From assembly GCA_050014435.1 (NCBI GenBank), contig JBEKDI010000016.1, positions 410 through 64,409 on the forward strand: a DNA stretch of 64,000 nucleotides, given 5' to 3'. A program made the translations under genes and the position numbers. Each line of letters opens with the position of its first letter. Positions within the stretch are counted from its first letter, which is position 1. This DNA comes from Verrucomicrobiota bacterium (GTDB lineage Bacteria; Verrucomicrobiota; Verrucomicrobiia; Limisphaerales; Palsa-1400). This document shows, in pieces, positions 59,636 to 64,000 of this stretch. The notes beneath the pieces were generated by a model, which saw nothing but the letters and a program-made list of their open reading frames with translations, was not told the DNA's origin and ran no database searches.

Positions 59636-59965
59636 TCAGCAAACCGGCATTGGCTGCAGCGACTCGTTGAACGAGGTCATCTTTTTGGTAAGCTCTCGTA
59701 TCTGGTTGAACTCCGTCTGGAATCTAAATGTGGACGGGAGCTGTGGTAGCAAAAAAAGGATAAGCAACATACCAAGCACTGCCATAATCCGTCCTTCCCA
59801 GCGCCGCGTTTTATCGTTCTGTTTCGTTCGTGCTGCTGCCAAACCGCACCCCAATGCGGTACAACCGCAAAATATGCCGAAGACACAATGGGTGAATGTC
59901 TGGCCATCCAATATCCCTTGGGCCAACAAGCCAAAAATCAAGCAGAGTAGTGCAATGACACGCAT
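59636..59965 (-). CDS. Small hypothetical membrane protein
   Basis: 109 aa with three hydrophobic segments (VIALLCLIFGLLAQGIL, VFGIFCGCTALGCGLAA, IMAVLGMLLILFLL). Confidence 0.5.
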   Translation of the reverse strand: MRVIALLCLIFGLLAQGILDGQTFTHCVFGIFCGCTALGCGLAAARTKQNDKTRRWEGRIMAVLGMLLILFLLPQLPSTFRFQTEFNQIRELTKKMTSFNESLQPMPVC

Positions 59966-59999
59966 ATAGTAGCAGCGTCTAGCCGAAAAATGGGGGCTT

Positions 60000-60785
60000 C
60001 TACCACATTTTCCACGGGGCTTTGCCTTCGGACCAGAGTTTGTTGAGCAGGTTGAACTCGGAGAAGGTGTCCATCGGTTGCCAGAAGCCGTCGTGCAGAA
60101 AGGCCATCACTTGGCCGTCGGCTGCCATGGTGCGGATGGGTTTCTGCTCGAACATCACCTGGTCGCAGGATCCCTCCAGATAATCGAAGATGCCGCAGGA
60201 GGCGACGAAGAAGCCGCCGTTGATGCGGCCTTCGGCGGCTTGCGGTTTCTCGTTGAATTGCGTGACGCGGCCTTCGGGGGAGATGCCCATTTCGCCAAAA
60301 CGGCCGGGAGGCCGCACGGCGGTCACGGTAAGCTTCTTGCCGTGCTTGCGATGGAAAGCGCGGGAGGCGTTGATGTCAATGTTGCCCACGCCGTCTCCGT
60401 AGGTGATGAAAAAATCAGGGTCGTCGCCAATGTAAGGTTTGATTTTTTGGATGCGTCCGGCGGTGAGGGTGTTTTCGCCGGTGTCGGCCAGGGTGACGGA
60501 CCAGTCTTCCTCGTCGTGGTGAGTGTGGAATGTGACGCCGGCTTTGCGCCCCAGGCGAAGGGTGACGTCGCTGGTCATCCAGAGGTAATTGCGGAAGTAG
60601 TCCTTGATGATGTCGCCCTTGTAACCGAGGCAAAGGATGAAGTCCTTGTGGCCGTGGGCCGCGTAAGTTTTCATGATGTGCCACAGGATGGGCCGGTCGC
60701 CGATGGGCACCATGGGTTTGGGGCGGTATTCGGTTTCCTCGCGCAAGCGGGTGCCTTTGCCACCGCAGAGTATGACGACTTTCAT
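60000..60785 (-). CDS. rfbF: Glucose-1-phosphate cytidylyltransferase
   Basis: MKVVILCGGKGTRLREETEYRPKPMVPIGDRPILWHIMKTYAAHGHKDFILCLGYKG is near-canonical RfbF. GFWQPMDT is present and the length is 261 aa. Confidence 0.9.
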   Translation of the reverse strand: MKVVILCGGKGTRLREETEYRPKPMVPIGDRPILWHIMKTYAAHGHKDFILCLGYKGDIIKDYFRNYLWMTSDVTLRLGRKAGVTFHTHHDEEDWSVTLADTGENTLTAGRIQKIKPYIGDDPDFFITYGDGVGNIDINASRAFHRKHGKKLTVTAVRPPGRFGEMGISPEGRVTQFNEKPQAAEGRINGGFFVASCGIFDYLEGSCDQVMFEQKPIRTMAADGQVMAFLHDGFWQPMDTFSEFNLLNKLWSEGKAPWKMW

Positions 60786-60926
60786 GGCAGGCCAGGCTCC
60801 GGGTGAACGGGCGTTTTATTCATGAGAACCATGGGCAATGGATACGCCAGGAACGGCCACAGGGGCAACTCTAAATGTCTAATGACGAAATGTGCAGGTC
60901 CCGGCCAATTTCGCTTCCAAGAACTC

Positions 60927-62132
60927 CTACGGCGCGAAATCCTCGGCGACGAGGCGCGCGATTTCACTCCCGATGGCCAGGGAGGCAGTGGCGCCCGGAC
61001 TGGGGGCGTTGAGAACATGCAAGGCGCGGGATCGGCGCACGAGGCAGAAATCCTGCAACAATTCGCCGTCCGGCGACATGGCTTGGGCGCGGACGCCGGC
61101 GCCGCCGTGGCCCAGATCTTCGATGCGGATTTCCGGGACGAGCCGTTGCAGGGCCTGGCAGAATAAGCGTCGGCTGAAGGAACGCTTGATTTCATCCCAG
61201 CTCATTCGCTTGTGCTTGCCCATGAAATGCCAGAGTCCGGAAAAACTCAAAGCGTCCCAGAGGTCGCGGACGTTAATATCGGTTTTCTTGTAGCCCTCCC
61301 GCGCCCCGGCCAGCACCGCGTTCGGGCCGGCTTCGACGCCGCCTTCAATCAGGCGCGTGAAATGGACGCCCAGGAACGGGAAGGTCGGGTCCGGCACGGG
61401 ATAGATCAGGTGGCGCACCAGATGCTGGCTTTCGGGCCTGATCTTGAAATACTCGCCGCGGAAGGGGACGATGCGGACCTCGCGTTTTTCGCCGGCCATG
61501 GCGGCGACGCGGTCGCAGTGCAGGCCGGCGCAATTGACCACGTAATCCGCCTGCCAGTCGCCGGAGGAAGTGCGGACCAACCAGCCTCCACTCTGCGGCT
61601 GAATCTTGTTGACGCTGGCGCGGGTGGCGACGCGCCCGCCCGCCGCCTCGAGTTTCTTGACCATGGCATGGCAGACCTGGACGTAATCGACAATGCCCTC
61701 CTGGGGGACATGAACGGCGGCGATGCCGGCCACATGGGGTTCGATCTCCAGCATTTGCGGGCGGTCGAGGAGGCGGAGGCCTTGCAGGCCATTTTGTTGG
61801 CCGCGTTCGAGGAGCTTGTGCAGACGGGGCAGCTCGGTTTCGTCCACCGCCACGACCAGCTTGCCGCAGATTTCGTGGGCGATGCCGTTATCCTTGCAGA
61901 AGGCGACCATTTCCTGGATGCCGGAGACGGCCAGTTTGGCCTTGAGCGAACCGGGCTTGTAATACAACCCGGCGTGGAGCACGCCGCTGTTATTGCCGGA
62001 TTGATGGCGGGCCACGTCGTCCTCTTTTTCCAGGACGACGACTTGGGCGGCGGGGAAGCGGCCGGATAATTTCAGGCCGGTGGCCAGGCCGATGATGCCG
62101 CCGCCTACAATAATAATGCGCCGTTGTGTCAC
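60927..62132 (-). CDS. lhgO: L-2-hydroxyglutarate oxidase (FAD-dependent)
   Basis: The Rossmann motif IIIVGGGIIGLATG, then HQSGNNSGVLHAGLYYKPGSLKA, NCAGLHCDRV and NAPSPGATASLAIG are all typical of LhgO/YgaF. Confidence 0.85.
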   Translation of the reverse strand: MTQRRIIIVGGGIIGLATGLKLSGRFPAAQVVVLEKEDDVARHQSGNNSGVLHAGLYYKPGSLKAKLAVSGIQEMVAFCKDNGIAHEICGKLVVAVDETELPRLHKLLERGQQNGLQGLRLLDRPQMLEIEPHVAGIAAVHVPQEGIVDYVQVCHAMVKKLEAAGGRVATRASVNKIQPQSGGWLVRTSSGDWQADYVVNCAGLHCDRVAAMAGEKREVRIVPFRGEYFKIRPESQHLVRHLIYPVPDPTFPFLGVHFTRLIEGGVEAGPNAVLAGAREGYKKTDINVRDLWDALSFSGLWHFMGKHKRMSWDEIKRSFSRRLFCQALQRLVPEIRIEDLGHGGAGVRAQAMSPDGELLQDFCLVRRSRALHVLNAPSPGATASLAIGSEIARLVAEDFAP

Positions 62133-62248
62133 CTCATAAAAATCCGCCCGGAAAGAGCGCGAGTCAATTCATTTGGGCGGCGGCTGCCGGTTTCCGGCCG
62201 GCTAATTTACGAGTTGGCTTCAGCGTTTTTTTGCGTATCCTGCCGCCA

Positions 62249-64000
62249 ATGGCTATGAATGGACAACAGTCCGCCGCAAAACAGCACACGCGGAAGGGCA
62301 GCTTGCTGGTGCTGTTCATTGTGCTGGGAGGCGCATTGGCCGCCTTGTGTCATCAAGGGTTTTTGCCGCACCAGGTCATGTGGGCGAACGACGTGCCGCT
62401 GGGCGCAATGATGGACCCTTGCAACCGCTTGCCTGGAACTTTTTCCGGCCATTGGGACACCCTCTACTATATTGGGGGGCCTTCGCCGAGTTCTTCACCT
62501 TCGTTTTCGACGCTGTTGCAATGGATTCTCGGTCCGGTGATTTATCTCAAGATTTACACACCGTTGACCATGGTGATGCTGGGGTTCGCGGCGTGGTTGT
62601 TTTTCAGGGGACTGGGCTTCGCGCCGGCAGCGTGCGTGGTGGGCGCCCTGGGGGCGGGATTGAACATGCACTTTTTCTCCAACGCTTGCTGGGGCCTGGG
62701 CAATTGGAATATATCGGCCGCCATGGTTTTCATCACGCTGGCCGTGCTGGCCTCCTCCACTATTCGTCCCTTGTGGGTCAAGGCGGCGATTGCCGGGCTG
62801 GCTGTCGGCATGATCGTGATGGAGGGTTATGATGTGGGGGCCATTTTAAGCCTTTATGTGGGACTTTTCATTGTTTTCTATGTCCTGCGAACGTCGCCCA
62901 ACCCCACGCAGGGAATTCCCCGGACCATCGGCGTGGGGACGCTGGTGGTGCTGTTTGCGCTCTTGATCTCGGACAGCACCCTTTACACGTTGGTGGGGAC
63001 GCAAATCAAGGGGACATCATCCGGGGCGGGGCAAAGCGCGGGTGAAAAGGAGGCCCACTGGAACTTCACCACCCAATGGAGTTTCCCGAAGTTGGAAACG
63101 ATTCGCCTCGTCATTCCGGGCGTGTTCGGATACCGCCTGCAGGACTACATCACGGACACGAACAAAGCCAGCGCCTATTGGGGCAAGATCGCCGAGGACC
63201 CGCATGTGGACCAACTGGAGAGCAGCGATCCGCAGACCCGCGCCCATGCCGCCGCCTCCCTCGGATTGCAGTCGGAAGTCCAAAACGTCATGGCGGGCGA
63301 CGACCTGTCCATGCGGGGACGGATCATGGATCAGATCAAGGGCGGCCTGCAACGGCGGCATACCGGCTCCGGGGATTACACGGGGGTGCTGGTTTGTCTG
63401 CTGGCACTTTTCGGCCTGTTTAATTCCTGGCGAAAATCCAATTCGCCCTTCTCGGAACATGAGCGGCAGTTTGTGTGGTTTTGGGGCGGGGCGGCGCTGT
63501 TTTCTCTGATGGCGGCTTGGGGCCGGTACAGCTTTGTGTATCAGTTCATCTACCACTTGCCCTACCTCAGCACCATCCGCAACCCGATCAAATTCCTGCA
63601 TCCCTTGAACATCTGCCTGATGATCTTGTCGGGCTATGGTCTGGAAGCGCTCTACCGCGGCTATCTGCGCGGGTCGGTCAATCGCGCCGGAAGCTGGTGG
63701 CAAAAAGCCGCCGCCTTCGACAAGAAATGGACCACCGGCAGCCTGCTGGTCCTGGGGGCATCCGTGCTGGGCCTCCTGATCCTGACTTCCTACAAGGCGA
63801 ACCTGGCCCACTATTTGGATCAGAACGGTTTTCCAACTGATCAGGCATCGCAGATGGCGGCGTTTTGCATCCAGGAAGTCGTTCTCTTCATCGTCTTTTT
63901 TGGCCTGTCGGTGGCGGTTCTCATTGGCGCTCTCAGCGGCGCATTCAGCGGACGCCGCGCGATTTGGGCCTGGGTCTTTCTTGGCGCCATCATGATATTT
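62249..64000 (+). CDS. Large polytopic membrane protein (YfhO/glycosyltransferase-like topology), 3' end beyond the window
   Basis: Not in the ORF track (no stop). From ATG 62249 the frame stays open for 584 codons to the window end: MAMNGQQSAAKQHTRKGSLLVLFIVLGGALAAL... It has many hydrophobic helices (ISAAMVFITLAVLASS, VLVCLLALFGLF, EVVLFIVFFGLSVAVLIGAL). Confidence 0.7.
   Translation, partial: MAMNGQQSAAKQHTRKGSLLVLFIVLGGALAALCHQGFLPHQVMWANDVPLGAMMDPCNRLPGTFSGHWDTLYYIGGPSPSSSPSFSTLLQWILGPVIYLKIYTPLTMVMLGFAAWLFFRGLGFAPAACVVGALGAGLNMHFFSNACWGLGNWNISAAMVFITLAVLASSTIRPLWVKAAIAGLAVGMIVMEGYDVGAILSLYVGLFIVFYVLRTSPNPTQGIPRTIGVGTLVVLFALLISDSTLYTLVGTQIKGTSSGAGQSAGEKEAHWNFTTQWSFPKLETIRLVIPGVFGYRLQDYITDTNKASAYWGKIAEDPHVDQLESSDPQTRAHAAASLGLQSEVQNVMAGDDLSMRGRIMDQIKGGLQRRHTGSGDYTGVLVCLLALFGLFNSWRKSNSPFSEHERQFVWFWGGAALFSLMAAWGRYSFVYQFIYHLPYLSTIRNPIKFLHPLNICLMILSGYGLEALYRGYLRGSVNRAGSWWQKAAAFDKKWTTGSLLVLGASVLGLLILTSYKANLAHYLDQNGFPTDQASQMAAFCIQEVVLFIVFFGLSVAVLIGALSGAFSGRRAIWAWVFLGAIMIF

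Overview
GC-rich chromosomal window with gene content typical of a PVC-superphylum bacterium, most likely Verrucomicrobiota. The pointers are a DUF1501 + PSCyt/DUF1549/DUF1553 pair, GloVer-repeat giants, a PEP-CTERM protein and squalene-hopene cyclase; this is inference from gene families, no search was run. I can support about 45 protein genes, one tRNA(CAU), two pseudogene remnants and several repeat families. Most genes are housekeeping or envelope functions: ruvB, shc, arcC, dapF, lolD plus a LolC/E permease, rfbF, lhgO, an EF-P paralog, a tesA-like/ybbA-like/ybbP-like cluster, a DUF748 protein, a GH13 amylase and an M23 peptidase.

Stand-outs:
1. A 1.4-kb ORF-free gap at 12.16-13.6 kb, next to tRNA-Met and a Xer-type recombinase. 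Read on the minus strand it carries five CGCAAG (GNRA-capped) hairpins plus GUGA and GAAA loops, a long-range helix and an intrinsic terminator. I read it as a candidate large structured RNA of unknown class. It is followed by a DnaA-box-like cluster and a tiny, very basic ORF.
2. Two paralogous ~2000-aa secreted proteins fuse an apparently catalytically intact sedolisin (S53) protease to Ig-like modules and four blocks of exactly seven GloVer repeats each.
3. A ~70-aa C-terminal module is shared by three secreted proteins in the window.
4. A 156-bp palindromic MITE-like element is present, and a related half-copy appears to truncate a VOC/glyoxalase gene.
5. (GATTAA/GATTAG)n hexamer arrays recur in intergenic DNA, one forming a 26-bp-arm hairpin.
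6. An ECF sigma factor is fused to a membrane domain with a 10-residue GG-x-A periodicity.

No CRISPR array, rRNA, transposase or obvious prophage was seen. All family assignments rest on motifs read by eye; no database search was possible.
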